This document shows positions 46,313 to 55,963 of a stretch of 64,000 nucleotides of DNA, piece after piece. A program made the translations under genes and the position numbers. Numbering within the stretch: the stretch's first letter is position 1; every line of letters starts with the position of its first letter. The notes under the pieces are model-generated. The model saw only the letters and a list, made by a program, of their open reading frames with translations, ran no database searches and was not told where the DNA came from. This stretch comes from Myxococcota bacterium (GTDB lineage Bacteria; Myxococcota_A; UBA796; CAJQPC01), in assembly GCA_036012755.1 (NCBI GenBank), contig DASCPX010000134.1, positions 1 through 64,000 on the forward strand, in the 5' to 3' direction.

Positions 46313-46315
46313 GGA

Positions 46316-46732
46316 CTACTCTACGGCCAACAGCTCGATGTCGAAGAGCAGGGTCGAGTAGGGCGGGATCGGTCCGGCGCCCTTGACCCCGTAGCCGAGC
46401 TCTGGCGGGACCATCAGCCTGCGATGCCCGCCGACACGCATCCCGGCCACCCCGAGGTCCCAGCCTCGGATGACCTCGCCTGCGCCGAGATCGAACGAAA
46501 ATGGGGCGTTACGCGCATACGAGGAGTCGACCACCGTGCCGTCCCCGAGCGTCAGCGAGTAGTGCACCGTCACGGCCTGGCCTGGCTCGGCCATAGCCCC
46601 TTCGCCGACCCGCACGTCCGTGATCAGCATGCCGTCTTCTGTGAGGACCGCGTTGTCCGGGATCACGGTCCGAGGCACAGGCGGGGCCTTTGGAGGACAA
46701 CCCAGGAGTCCCAGGATCAAGCACAGACTCAC
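46316..46732 (-). CDS. FKBP-type peptidyl-prolyl isomerase, lipoprotein
   Basis: VTVHY, DSS, VIRGWD.GV.GM.VG, PPELGYG, IPP.STL.FDIELL; GTGA overlap with lpdA. Confidence 0.92.
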   Translation of the reverse strand: MSLCLILGLLGCPPKAPPVPRTVIPDNAVLTEDGMLITDVRVGEGAMAEPGQAVTVHYSLTLGDGTVVDSSYARNAPFSFDLGAGEVIRGWDLGVAGMRVGGHRRLMVPPELGYGVKGAGPIPPYSTLLFDIELLAVE

Positions 46733-48135
46733 TTGTTCATCACGTGGATGGCCTCTCCTCGAGCGTGCTTTGCTGCCTCCATGAGGGCCTCGCCGAGGGT
46801 CGGGTGGGGGTGGATGGTGAGCCCGATGTCGAGGGCCTCTGCCTGCATCTCGCAGGCGAGCGAAGCCTCGGAGATCAGGTCCGAGGCGTGGGGTCCGATG
46901 ATCGTGACACCAAGCAGCCGCTCGGTCGCGGCGTCGAGGATGACCTTCACGAAGCCATCCGTCTCCCCGGTCGTCATTGCCCGACCGACCGCGGCGAAGG
47001 GCATCTTGCCGACCTTGATGTCGAGGCCCTTGGCCCGGGCGTCGTGCTCCATTATCCCAGCGGTCGCGATCTCCGGGTCGGTGAAGACCACCGCCGGGAC
47101 CTGGATGTAGTCGAGCGCGATCTTGTGTCCGGCGATGACCTCTGCGCAGATCTCTCCTTCGTGCGTGGCCTTGTGCGCCAGCATCGGGGCTCCGGCGACG
47201 TCGCCGATGGCGTACACCCCCGCCACGCTGGTCCGACACTGCTCGTCGATCTTGATGAAGCGTCCGTCCAGCTCGATCTCGCCGAGGGTCTCGAGCCCGA
47301 GCTCCTCTGTGTTCGGGGAGCGCCCCACGGTCACCAGGACGCGGTCGCACTCCAGTGACTTCGCCCCCTTGGGGGTCTCGATGTTCACCACGGCGCAGCC
47401 GTCGCCCTCTTCCCAGCCCAGGGCCTTGCTCTTCACGAAGGTGGTGATCTTCGACTTCTTCAGCTTGCGCTTGATCAGGCGGATCCCGTCTGGGTCGAAG
47501 GCCGGCAGCACGGACTCGGCCATCTCGACGACCGTGACGTCACAGCCGACCTTGTGCAGCATCTGGCCCAGCTCGAGGCCGATGTAGCCGCCGCCGATGA
47601 CCACGAGGCGTTCTGGGACGGTCTCCAGCGCGAGCGCATCGCGAGAGGACATGATGCGCAGCTCGCTGAAGTCGAAGCCCGGGATCTGGATGGGACGGGA
47701 GCCCGTCGCGATGACGATGTGCTCTGCTTCGACGCGCACCTCGCCATCATCGGTCTTCACGACCAGCTTGCCGGGACCGTCGAAGCGCGCGGTGCCCACC
47801 AGGCGGTCGGCCCCGTTGTTCTTCAGCAGTGTCTGGACCCCGGCCGTGAGCTTCTTCACGATGCCGCCCTTCCACTTCTGGAGCTTCTTCATGTCCAGGC
47901 TGACGTCACCGGACACCGAGATGCCGATGTCGCCGGCGCGCTGGATCTCCTCGAAGCGCTTGCCCGCCGTGATGAGGGCCTTGCTGGGGATGCACCCGAC
48001 GTTCAGACAGACACCACCCCAGAACTCCTTCTCGATGATCAGCGTCTTCACACCCAGCTGCGCGAGGCGGATGGCGCAGGGATAGCCGCCGGGGCCGGCG
48101 CCGATCACCACGGCCGTGTACTTGCGAGTCTCCAC
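46729..48135 (-). CDS. lpdA: Dihydrolipoyl dehydrogenase (E3)
   Basis: GAGPGGY, GGVCLNVGCIPSK, GGGYIGLE, AIGD, MLAHKA, HPHPTLGE. Confidence 0.95.
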   Translation of the reverse strand: METRKYTAVVIGAGPGGYPCAIRLAQLGVKTLIIEKEFWGGVCLNVGCIPSKALITAGKRFEEIQRAGDIGISVSGDVSLDMKKLQKWKGGIVKKLTAGVQTLLKNNGADRLVGTARFDGPGKLVVKTDDGEVRVEAEHIVIATGSRPIQIPGFDFSELRIMSSRDALALETVPERLVVIGGGYIGLELGQMLHKVGCDVTVVEMAESVLPAFDPDGIRLIKRKLKKSKITTFVKSKALGWEEGDGCAVVNIETPKGAKSLECDRVLVTVGRSPNTEELGLETLGEIELDGRFIKIDEQCRTSVAGVYAIGDVAGAPMLAHKATHEGEICAEVIAGHKIALDYIQVPAVVFTDPEIATAGIMEHDARAKGLDIKVGKMPFAAVGRAMTTGETDGFVKVILDAATERLLGVTIIGPHASDLISEASLACEMQAEALDIGLTIHPHPTLGEALMEAAKHARGEAIHVMNK

Positions 48136-48148
48136 TACTCCTCCCAGA

Positions 48149-48826
48149 TCAGCTGATCAGGTTCGCTTCGTTTGGCTCGGTCTCCGTGAGCTCGTCGTAG
48201 GCCCGCGCCAGCGGGTCCTCTCCCTGGATGAGCCGCGCCTCGATGAAGCGGGGTCCGCCGGCTGCCCGCGCGTCCGTGACGGCGGAGAGCACCTCTGTGA
48301 TCAGACCCCCGTCCACCGCGCGGGCTTGCATCCCGAACGCCAGGGCATGGGCCGACAGGGGCCCGGCCAGCTGGCGGGCCAGCGGCGAGTCCGGGTGCTC
48401 CAGGTTCCACGAGTGGGCCAGGAAGATGACCCGCAGCTTGTGCAGGGAAGCGAGGTTCAACGCCTCGTGGAAGGCTCCGTAGCTCGCGCTCCCCTGCCCG
48501 ATGAAACACAGGACAGCGGCGTCCTGGTCGCGCAGTGCCATCGCGAGGCCGCAGGCATGGAGCATGCGCGCGGCGGGCGCACTCGAGACCGGAGTGATCC
48601 GGTAGGGGCGCGCTCCGGACCCCGGATCGAGCAGGCGGTCGCGGGGGCAGTCTCGGAGGACCCCGCCAGCGCGCTCGCGCAGGCCGGGCACGACCCAGTC
48701 CTTGCGCTCGATACCCAGGAAGCCACCGGCGATGACCGCCTCGAGGCCGCGGAGGGGCACGGACCCCTGCTGGCTGAGCCAGTCGCCCACCTCTCGAACT
48801 TCGTGCAGGGCCGCTCGCATCGACAT
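48149..48826 (-). CDS. 2-oxoacid dehydrogenase E1 alpha-like protein, degenerate
   Basis: GLEA, HACGLAMAL, FIGQGSASYGAFHEALNLA, VDG, PRFIEA; only 225 aa; ThDP motif altered. Confidence 0.8.
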   Translation of the reverse strand: MSMRAALHEVREVGDWLSQQGSVPLRGLEAVIAGGFLGIERKDWVVPGLRERAGGVLRDCPRDRLLDPGSGARPYRITPVSSAPAARMLHACGLAMALRDQDAAVLCFIGQGSASYGAFHEALNLASLHKLRVIFLAHSWNLEHPDSPLARQLAGPLSAHALAFGMQARAVDGGLITEVLSAVTDARAAGGPRFIEARLIQGEDPLARAYDELTETEPNEANLIS

Positions 48827-49990
48827 CTACAGGTGCTCCCAGAACAGGGTCTCGGGGGCTTCCAGGATCTCCTTGAGCGCCGTGGTCCAGCGTGCCGCCA
48901 CCGCCCCGTCGATGATGCGGTGGTCGAAGCTGGAGGACAGATACAGCATCTTGCGGACGACGATCTGGCCGCCTCGCACGACCGGCCGCTCATGGATGCG
49001 GTTCACGCCGAGGATGGCGACCTCTGGGTGGTTGAGGATCGGCGTCGCGAACATGCCGCCGAAGGCCCCGACCGAGGTGATGGTGAAGGTGCCTCCGCTC
49101 AGCTCGTCGAGGCTGACCGTGCCAGCGCGGGTGCGCTCCGTGAGGTCCGCGATCCGCGCCGCGAGTTCCAGCACGGAGAGCCTCTCCACGCTCTTCACGA
49201 CCGGGACGAACAGCCCCCGCGGTGTGTCCGTGGCGATGCCGATGTTGACGTCGCCCTCGACGACCAGGGTCAGGGGATCCTCTTCGACGTTGGCGTTGAC
49301 GTTCGGGAACTCGCGAAAGGTCATCACCAGCGCCTTCATCAAGAAGGGCAGGAAGGTGAGCTTGATGCCGCGCTCGGCCGCCCGCGGCTTGAGCCGACGC
49401 CGCATGTCGTCCAGCGAGGTCATGTCGACCTCGTCGACGTAGGTGAAGTGCGGCGCCGTGAAGCGGCTCTTCACCATCTGCTCGGCGATCTTGCGCCGCA
49501 GTCCGATGATCTCGATGCGCTGTCGCTTGCCCGTCGGCGGGGCCTTGGCCTGGGCCACCGCCACGGGCGCCCGGACGAACTGCTGGAGGTCCTTTTGCAA
49601 CACCCGGCCACCCTTGCCGGAGCCCGGAACGCGGCCGAGGTCGACCTCCAGCTCACGAGCCCGACGCCGGACCGCTGGCGTGGCGACGGCCTTGCCGGAG
49701 ACGACTGGCGGGCTGGCCTTGGGAGCGATGGGCTGCGGGCTGGCCTCGGCTGAGCCGTTCGTGTCGATCTCTGCGAGGGGCGCGTGGACCTTGATCACGT
49801 CACCCGGCTCGCCGTGGAGCAGGTGGACCCTGCCACCCTTCGGCGTGCTGATCTCCACGGTCGCTTTGTCCGTCATGATCTCGCAGACCGGCTGATCGAC
49901 GGCGATGACGTCGCCCTGTTCGACAAGCCACTGGACGATCTCGCCCTCGACGACGCCCTCGCCGATCTCGGGAAGCTCGAAGGTGAACAT
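48827..49990 (-). CDS. Dihydrolipoamide acyltransferase (E2)
   Basis: Lipoyl domain MTDKA, subunit-binding ATPAVRRRA..GSGKGGRV, catalytic FDHRIIDG. Confidence 0.93.
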   Translation of the reverse strand: MFTFELPEIGEGVVEGEIVQWLVEQGDVIAVDQPVCEIMTDKATVEISTPKGGRVHLLHGEPGDVIKVHAPLAEIDTNGSAEASPQPIAPKASPPVVSGKAVATPAVRRRARELEVDLGRVPGSGKGGRVLQKDLQQFVRAPVAVAQAKAPPTGKRQRIEIIGLRRKIAEQMVKSRFTAPHFTYVDEVDMTSLDDMRRRLKPRAAERGIKLTFLPFLMKALVMTFREFPNVNANVEEDPLTLVVEGDVNIGIATDTPRGLFVPVVKSVERLSVLELAARIADLTERTRAGTVSLDELSGGTFTITSVGAFGGMFATPILNHPEVAILGVNRIHERPVVRGGQIVVRKMLYLSSSFDHRIIDGAVAARWTTALKEILEAPETLFWEHL

Positions 49991-49999
49991 CAGCTGACC

Positions 50000-50848
50000 T
50001 CAGTAGGTGACGGAGGCGACGGAGGCCTCGACGATCGACGTGATCTCGACGTCCGCCCGTCTCGGCGGGGACTCGAGGTAGAGAAAACACTCGGCACAGA
50101 GCACGCCCAGGGCCCGCGCTGCGTAGGCCTCCGAGCCCGAGACGAGGACCACACGAGCCGTGCGGCGGACCGAAGCCGACAGCCGCTCCAGCTCCAGGGG
50201 CCACAAGCTGCGCAGGTCGACGACCTCGGCGGAGATGCCTGAGCTGCCGAGCTCTTCCGCGGCGGCGAGGGCCACCGGGATCCCGCCCCCATAGGCGAAC
50301 AGGGAGATGTCCTCGCCCTTGCTCTGGAGCTCCGAGCCGCTGCTGGCGTAGAGGCTGCGCGCCTCCAGGACGACCGTCGGGCGGGTGGACTCGAGCGCCT
50401 CCATCAACATGGCGGCGGCATCGGCGGCGTGAGACGGGGCGACGACGTCGAGGCCATCGAAGCCCGCGACGAGACTCTCTGGGTGCTCGCCCGGGGAGCC
50501 GGGGAGATCGCCGTAGGGTGTGCGGACGACCAGGGGCACGGTGAACTCGGAAGAGCCAGCGGAGATGGCGCTGGCTTCCTGGACGAGCTGCTGAAACGCC
50601 CGGGGCAGTCCGCCGGTCAGCTCCACCACCGGCCGCTTGCCTCCCAGGGCGAGGCCGACCGCCAGGCCGACGACACCGGCTTCGGACAGGGGGGTGTCCA
50701 CGACGCGCCCGGGGAACTCCTCCGCGAGCCCGGTGGTCGTCCCGTGCAGGCCGCCCAGCCGGCCGACGCTCTCGCCCAAGAGCAGGACGCGGTCGTCCTC
50801 GGCCATCGCCGCGCGCAGGGTCTCTCGGATGGTCGTGGCGGCGTTCAA
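50000..50848 (-). CDS. 2-oxoacid dehydrogenase E1 beta-like protein, degenerate
   Basis: TTGA overlap with lipA; LLGESVG..GG, DTPLSE, RPVVE, VVDLRSLWPL. Confidence 0.85.
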   Translation of the reverse strand: MNAATTIRETLRAAMAEDDRVLLLGESVGRLGGLHGTTTGLAEEFPGRVVDTPLSEAGVVGLAVGLALGGKRPVVELTGGLPRAFQQLVQEASAISAGSSEFTVPLVVRTPYGDLPGSPGEHPESLVAGFDGLDVVAPSHAADAAAMLMEALESTRPTVVLEARSLYASSGSELQSKGEDISLFAYGGGIPVALAAAEELGSSGISAEVVDLRSLWPLELERLSASVRRTARVVLVSGSEAYAARALGVLCAECFLYLESPPRRADVEITSIVEASVASVTY

Positions 50849-51741
50849 GAGGCTGTCCCCTTCTGGACGATCTCGCGGATGAAGTACTCGCCGGCCCGGT
50901 AGCTGCTGCGAACGAGCGGGCCGCTGGCGACGTAGTCGAAGCCCAGGGCCAGGCCCTGCTGCTCGTACCAATCGAAGGTCTCGGGGGTCACGAACTCGCG
51001 CACGGGGAGGTGTCTCGCAGAGGGCTGCAGGTACTGCCCGACCGTCAGGAAGTCGACGCCGGTTTCGCGGAGGTCGTGCATGGCTTGGAGCACCTCTGCG
51101 GGTCTCTCGCCGTGGCCGACCTGGATCGAGGACTTCGTGTGGCCCCGAGCGTGCCGCAGCACGTCGAGGGACTGCTGGTAGCTGGCGCGCGGGTCCCGCA
51201 CAGTGGCGCTGAGGCGCTCTACGCACTCGATGTTGTGGGCGAAGACCGTCGGCTCCGCGTCGAGCACGACGTCGACGAGGTCCGTGCGGCCGCTGAAGTC
51301 GGGGGTGAGTACTTCGACCATGGTCTTGGGGGATGCCTCGTGAACCGCATGGATGCAAGCGGCGAAGTGGCCGGCGCCCTGGTCCGCGAGGTCATCGCGG
51401 TTGACGCTGGTCAGCACCACGTAGTCGAGGGAGAGCTCCAGGATTGCGCGGGCGACGTGTTCTGGCTCGTCGGTTTGCAGCGGCGGCCCGATCCGGCGGG
51501 TGTTCACCGCGCAGAAGCGGCAACCGCGCGTGCAGATCTCGCCCATGAGCATGAAGGTGGCCGTTCCGCCGCCCCAACACTCGCCGGTGTTCGGGCACAT
51601 CGCCTCCTCGCAGACGGTGTGGAGCCCGAGCTCTCTCGCGCGGGTCTTCAACCGCCGGTAGCGCTCCTGGCGCGCGCCCGTCGGGAGCTTGACCTTCAGC
51701 CAGGGGGGCTTCCGCACGACCTGCTCCGGGTGGCAGGCCAT
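50845..51741 (-). CDS. lipA: Lipoyl synthase
   Basis: CEEAMCPNTGEC, CTRGCRFC, LTSVNRDDL, HNIE, GQYLQP, VRSSY. Confidence 0.95.
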   Translation of the reverse strand: MACHPEQVVRKPPWLKVKLPTGARQERYRRLKTRARELGLHTVCEEAMCPNTGECWGGGTATFMLMGEICTRGCRFCAVNTRRIGPPLQTDEPEHVARAILELSLDYVVLTSVNRDDLADQGAGHFAACIHAVHEASPKTMVEVLTPDFSGRTDLVDVVLDAEPTVFAHNIECVERLSATVRDPRASYQQSLDVLRHARGHTKSSIQVGHGERPAEVLQAMHDLRETGVDFLTVGQYLQPSARHLPVREFVTPETFDWYEQQGLALGFDYVASGPLVRSSYRAGEYFIREIVQKGTAS

Positions 51742-51774
51742 CTAACTCGGCACCCTGGGGTAGGCTGCCTCGCG

Positions 51775-53331
51775 ATGGCGCAAGATGGCATGGAGATCCT
51801 CGATCTCATCCCCGACGTCGCGATCCGCGTCGAGGGCGGGAAGATCGTCCACCTGAACACCGCCGCGACGGAGTTCGTCGGTGAGGCCTCGGTCGGCCAG
51901 TGCGCAGAGGACGTCCTCCCCATCGCCGCGCTCGATGCCCTCGACAGGATGGACCCGGAGCCCGCCGCCTGTCGCCACCTCGACGGAACCAACCGCGTGG
52001 TGCACTGGCGGGTGAGCCGGTTTGGCGGAGGTCAGCTGCTGCTGGGACGAGACGTGACGGGGCAGGTCGAAGCGACCACGGCGCTGGAGCTCCAGATGCG
52101 CCGCCTCGAAGCCCTCCACAGCATCACGCTCGCCGTCGCGCGGGGCGAGGACATCGGCTCCATCTGCGACATCGCCTTCCGCAGCCTGGCGCCCATCGTG
52201 TCCATCGTCCGAGGGGGCGTGGCGGCGCTGGAGGGCAACGATCTCCGCGTCTTCTACCACTGGAACAGGGGCCACTCGGTCCTCGGAGACCGCCGCACCG
52301 TGCGAACGGACCAGACGCCCTCCCACAGCTGCATCGTCAGGCGCATGCCGGTCCAGATGCGCACGACCGGCTCGGCCGCGTTGCGCTGGCGCCAGTTCCG
52401 CAGCCTGCAACGGGCCGGTGTCCGCGCTGTGCTCTACACGCCGCTCATCGGCGGGGATCGCATCTTCGGGCTCATCAGCCTGGGAACCGGCGACCTCGCC
52501 GGCTTCTCCCCAGAGGACATCGAGGCCGTCAGCGAGGTCGCAGCTCAGATCTCCGCGGCCATGGAGCGCAGCCAGCTGCTCGCTCGCATCGAGGGCAACA
52601 CCGAGGAGCTGGAGAGGGCTGTCGAGGAGCGCACTGCGGAGCTGGAGCGCACCACCGAGCAGCTCGTCCACGCGGCGAAGCTCTCTACCCTAGGTGAGCT
52701 GGCCGCCGGCCTCGCCCACGAGCTGAGCCAGCCGATCAGCGTCGTCAGCGGCCACATCGAGCTCCTCAGAGACGACGACGTGCCAGAGGACCGAGAGCAG
52801 CGCGTCCTCGAGATCATGGGGGGCGCTGTCGAGCGCATGGGGGCGCTGACGAAGAAGCTCACGAACTACGCCAAGGCGCAGCCAGAGGCGATCGAGCCCT
52901 TCGATCTCCGAGTCGCGGTCGACATGGCGCTGGAGCTCTCCGACCACGTGGAGAAGAACGTCGAGGTCCGGTGGGAGCGCCCTCCCTTCCCCGTCGAGGC
53001 CCTTGGCGACGTGCACCGCATCGAGCAGGTCCTCATCAACCTCCTCACCAACGCGCAGCAGGCCACCGCCGATGCCGGCGGATCGGTCGTCGAGATCGTC
53101 ATGGGCGCCTCGGAAGACGGGCGGGCCTGGGTCGTCGTCCAGGACGAGGGCCCTGGCGTCCCGCTCGATACGGGCAATCGCATCTTCGACCCCTTCTTCA
53201 CGACGCGGAAGGGTGGCACGGGGCTGGGCCTCGCCATCTCCGCCCGCATCGTGCAGGAGCACGGCGGCAGCCTCGCGCTGGAGCGGAGCGAGCAAGGAGC
53301 CCGCTTCCGCATGGTGCTCAATCAGGCCTGA
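51775..53331 (+). CDS. Sensor histidine kinase (PAS-GAF-HisKA-HATPase)
   Basis: GELAAGLAHELSQP, QVLINLLTNA, DEGPG, FDPFFTT, GTGLGL. Confidence 0.92.
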   Translation: MAQDGMEILDLIPDVAIRVEGGKIVHLNTAATEFVGEASVGQCAEDVLPIAALDALDRMDPEPAACRHLDGTNRVVHWRVSRFGGGQLLLGRDVTGQVEATTALELQMRRLEALHSITLAVARGEDIGSICDIAFRSLAPIVSIVRGGVAALEGNDLRVFYHWNRGHSVLGDRRTVRTDQTPSHSCIVRRMPVQMRTTGSAALRWRQFRSLQRAGVRAVLYTPLIGGDRIFGLISLGTGDLAGFSPEDIEAVSEVAAQISAAMERSQLLARIEGNTEELERAVEERTAELERTTEQLVHAAKLSTLGELAAGLAHELSQPISVVSGHIELLRDDDVPEDREQRVLEIMGGAVERMGALTKKLTNYAKAQPEAIEPFDLRVAVDMALELSDHVEKNVEVRWERPPFPVEALGDVHRIEQVLINLLTNAQQATADAGGSVVEIVMGASEDGRAWVVVQDEGPGVPLDTGNRIFDPFFTTRKGGTGLGLAISARIVQEHGGSLALERSEQGARFRMVLNQA

Positions 53332-55826
53332 CGGCGCCTGCGGACCAGGGCCAGGCCGAGGAGCCCGAACAGGGCGACACCACCGGCGGGGGTGCTGGTG
53401 GTGCAGCTGCAGCCGCCTCCCTTGTCGCCACCGTCGAGACCGGAGTCGCCGAACCCCGTGTCGCACCAGTCCCAGACGTCGGGGTCCTCGTCGTCGCAGT
53501 CGGCGTCGACGCCGTAGCCGTCGAGATCCTGGTCGTCGTCGTTGTCGTCGCAGTTCTGGTCGATGCCGTCGTACCAGGTCTCTTCGGCGTCGGGGTTGAT
53601 GTCCGAGTTGCTGTCGTCACAGTCGTCGCCGTCGTCGCCGCCGTCGAAGCCGTCACCGTCCTGGTCGTACTCGTCCGCCTCGTCGCAGTCGGTGACAATC
53701 CCGTCGTAGGGGGTATCCGGCGCGCCTGGGTAGGTGTCGGCGTCCGCGTCGTCACAGTCGTCGCCGCCGTAGGTCGCCGAGTCGTGGCCGTCCCCGTCGG
53801 CGTCGTAGTCCGAAGCCTCGTCGCAGTTCGAGTCGATGTCGTCGTACCAGGTGTCCTCTGCGTCCGGGTTGATGTCGGGGTCGTCGTCGTCGCAGTCGTC
53901 CCCGTCGGGGCACAGCTCGGAGAGGAAGCCGTCGGCGTCCACGTCGCACCAGTCGCTGCCGTCGCAGTCCTGGTCGATCCCGTCGTATGGGGTCTCCGCG
54001 GCGCCGGGGTAGCTGCCGGCGTCGTTGTCGTCGCAGTCGGTGTCGTCGGTCACGTAGTTGGAGGGCTGGTCGCACTCCACATCGCTGACATCAGGGTCGC
54101 CGAAGCCGTCCGAGTCGTTGTCCGCATACCAGGTGGTCGCGTCGACCGCGTCGTCCTCGTCGATGTCGCCCTCGCAGTCGTTGTCGATGCCGTCGCAGTA
54201 CTCCTTGGCGCCGGGGTAGGCCCTGGCGGCGGTGTCGTCGCAGTCGTCTCCGCCAACGACCGACGCGTCACCATCCCAGCCGCCGCTGTCCTGCGTGCAC
54301 TCGACGTAGCCGTCGCCGTCGTCGTCGGTCTCGTCGCCAGGGATCGAGCCGTCGCAGTCGTTGTCCTGCCCGTCGCAGAGCTCCGCGGCGCCGGTGTAGA
54401 CGGTGGCGTCGCCGTCGTCGCAGTCGTCCGTGTTGTCCGCCTCGCCCACGTCCGAGCAGTCCAGGTCGCTGGAGGTGACGTGGTCGGTGTCGCCGTAGCC
54501 ATCGCCGTCGTCGTCGGTGTAGCAGGTCTCCTCGTCGTCGCAGTCGCTGTCGACGCCGTCGGCGATGCCCTCTCTCTCGCCTGGGTTGATGCTGCTGTCC
54601 GAGTCGTCGCAGTCGGTGCCAGCCGTGACGTCTCCGCTGGCATCTGCGTCGCCGTAGTCGTCGCCGTCGGCATCGGTCATGCAGTCGGTGGCCGAGTCGC
54701 TGGGCGCTGCCCCGGGGTAGGTGTCCGCGTCGCTGTCGAGGCAGTCGGTGTCGTCCGAGACGTAGCCGCTGGGCTGGTCGCAGTCGTCCTGGGAGTCGCT
54801 CGCGTCGCCATAGCCGTCCGAGTCGTCATCCGCGTACCAGGTGTCCTCGTCGACGGCGCCTTCGTCCACCGTGCCATCACAGTCGTCGTCGTCCCCGTCG
54901 CAGTACTCGTCCGCGCCTGGGTAGATCGTGGCGTCGTCGTCGTCGCAGTCGTCCCCGCCGCAGACCTCTGCGAGCACCCCGTCGCCGTCGGCGTCGCAGA
55001 TCGAGCAGAGATCGGCCTCCACCTGGATCTCGGACTGGGCGCCGGACTCGGTGTCCGAGAGGGTCACGAGGAGGGCGAAGCTGGTGCTGTCCCCCGCTGC
55101 GATGGTGCTGACGTCGTGGCGCCAGTGCATCGTGTAGTCCCCCGAGGCGCTGCTTTCGTCCGTGAGGGTGGCGTCGGCGTCCATCTCCCAGCCGCTGCTG
55201 TGACCGTACTCGTCGCCGGTCTGGCAGCCGTAGAAGCCGACCGTGTACCCGGACGAGGTCCCGATCGACTGCACCATGTCGTCCGAGCCGTCTCCGTCGA
55301 GGTCCTCGACCGAGTTGTAGGTGTTGTAGTTCGAGCTGTACCCGCCGCAGCCCCCGGCGTCGGGATCCGGGTCGATGGCGTGCACGAACTGGAGGTCGCT
55401 CACGTCGCTCGTGCCCGTGTTCTCCACGATGTACTGGACCGACATGACCGTGCCGGAGACCTCCCAGTACTCGATCTTGGTGATCTCCAGATCCCCCGCC
55501 GTCCACTCGTAGACCGAGACCATCTCCGTGCTCGTGGACAGATCGGTCTCGCTGTCGACCGTGAGCGTCGCGCCGTAGTAGCTGTTGGCGTAGTAGTCGT
55601 AGCTGGAGCCACCCTGGTCGTACATGAAGGCGACGTGCGACCAGGGAGTGCCCGGGTAGGTGAAGTCGCAGAAAGAGGTCGCGGTCCCGGTGCTGTCGTA
55701 CTCCAGCCCCTCGCCGAGGCTGCCGCTGTAGTCGTTCCAGGCGCCGTTGTCGTCGTAGGTCGCCTGGATGTAGTCGCCGGTCAGGGACTGGGCGGCCAGT
55801 GCTGGGAGCACGAGAGCGAACAGCAT
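53322..55826 (-). CDS. Secreted MopE-type (DCDD..PGA.E.CDG.D.DCDG) repeat protein with MYXO-CTERM-like tail
   Basis: More than ten Asp/Cys repeats; C-terminal KGGGCSCTT..hydrophobic..RRRR. Confidence 0.9.
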   Translation of the reverse strand: MLFALVLPALAAQSLTGDYIQATYDDNGAWNDYSGSLGEGLEYDSTGTATSFCDFTYPGTPWSHVAFMYDQGGSSYDYYANSYYGATLTVDSETDLSTSTEMVSVYEWTAGDLEITKIEYWEVSGTVMSVQYIVENTGTSDVSDLQFVHAIDPDPDAGGCGGYSSNYNTYNSVEDLDGDGSDDMVQSIGTSSGYTVGFYGCQTGDEYGHSSGWEMDADATLTDESSASGDYTMHWRHDVSTIAAGDSTSFALLVTLSDTESGAQSEIQVEADLCSICDADGDGVLAEVCGGDDCDDDDATIYPGADEYCDGDDDDCDGTVDEGAVDEDTWYADDDSDGYGDASDSQDDCDQPSGYVSDDTDCLDSDADTYPGAAPSDSATDCMTDADGDDYGDADASGDVTAGTDCDDSDSSINPGEREGIADGVDSDCDDEETCYTDDDGDGYGDTDHVTSSDLDCSDVGEADNTDDCDDGDATVYTGAAELCDGQDNDCDGSIPGDETDDDGDGYVECTQDSGGWDGDASVVGGDDCDDTAARAYPGAKEYCDGIDNDCEGDIDEDDAVDATTWYADNDSDGFGDPDVSDVECDQPSNYVTDDTDCDDNDAGSYPGAAETPYDGIDQDCDGSDWCDVDADGFLSELCPDGDDCDDDDPDINPDAEDTWYDDIDSNCDEASDYDADGDGHDSATYGGDDCDDADADTYPGAPDTPYDGIVTDCDEADEYDQDGDGFDGGDDGDDCDDSNSDINPDAEETWYDGIDQNCDDNDDDQDLDGYGVDADCDDEDPDVWDWCDTGFGDSGLDGGDKGGGCSCTTSTPAGGVALFGLLGLALVRRRRQA

Positions 55827-55963
55827 GGGGACATCTCCAAGTTTGGTGGGCGGAGCCTAGCAGACTTCGGTGGGATCGGCTGGAGTTGGCACGCTTGTTG
55901 CGTCCGGCCGGGGGTGACAGGCCCTTCGCGGTGTGACACGTGGGTAGGCACTGAGGTGTATCG

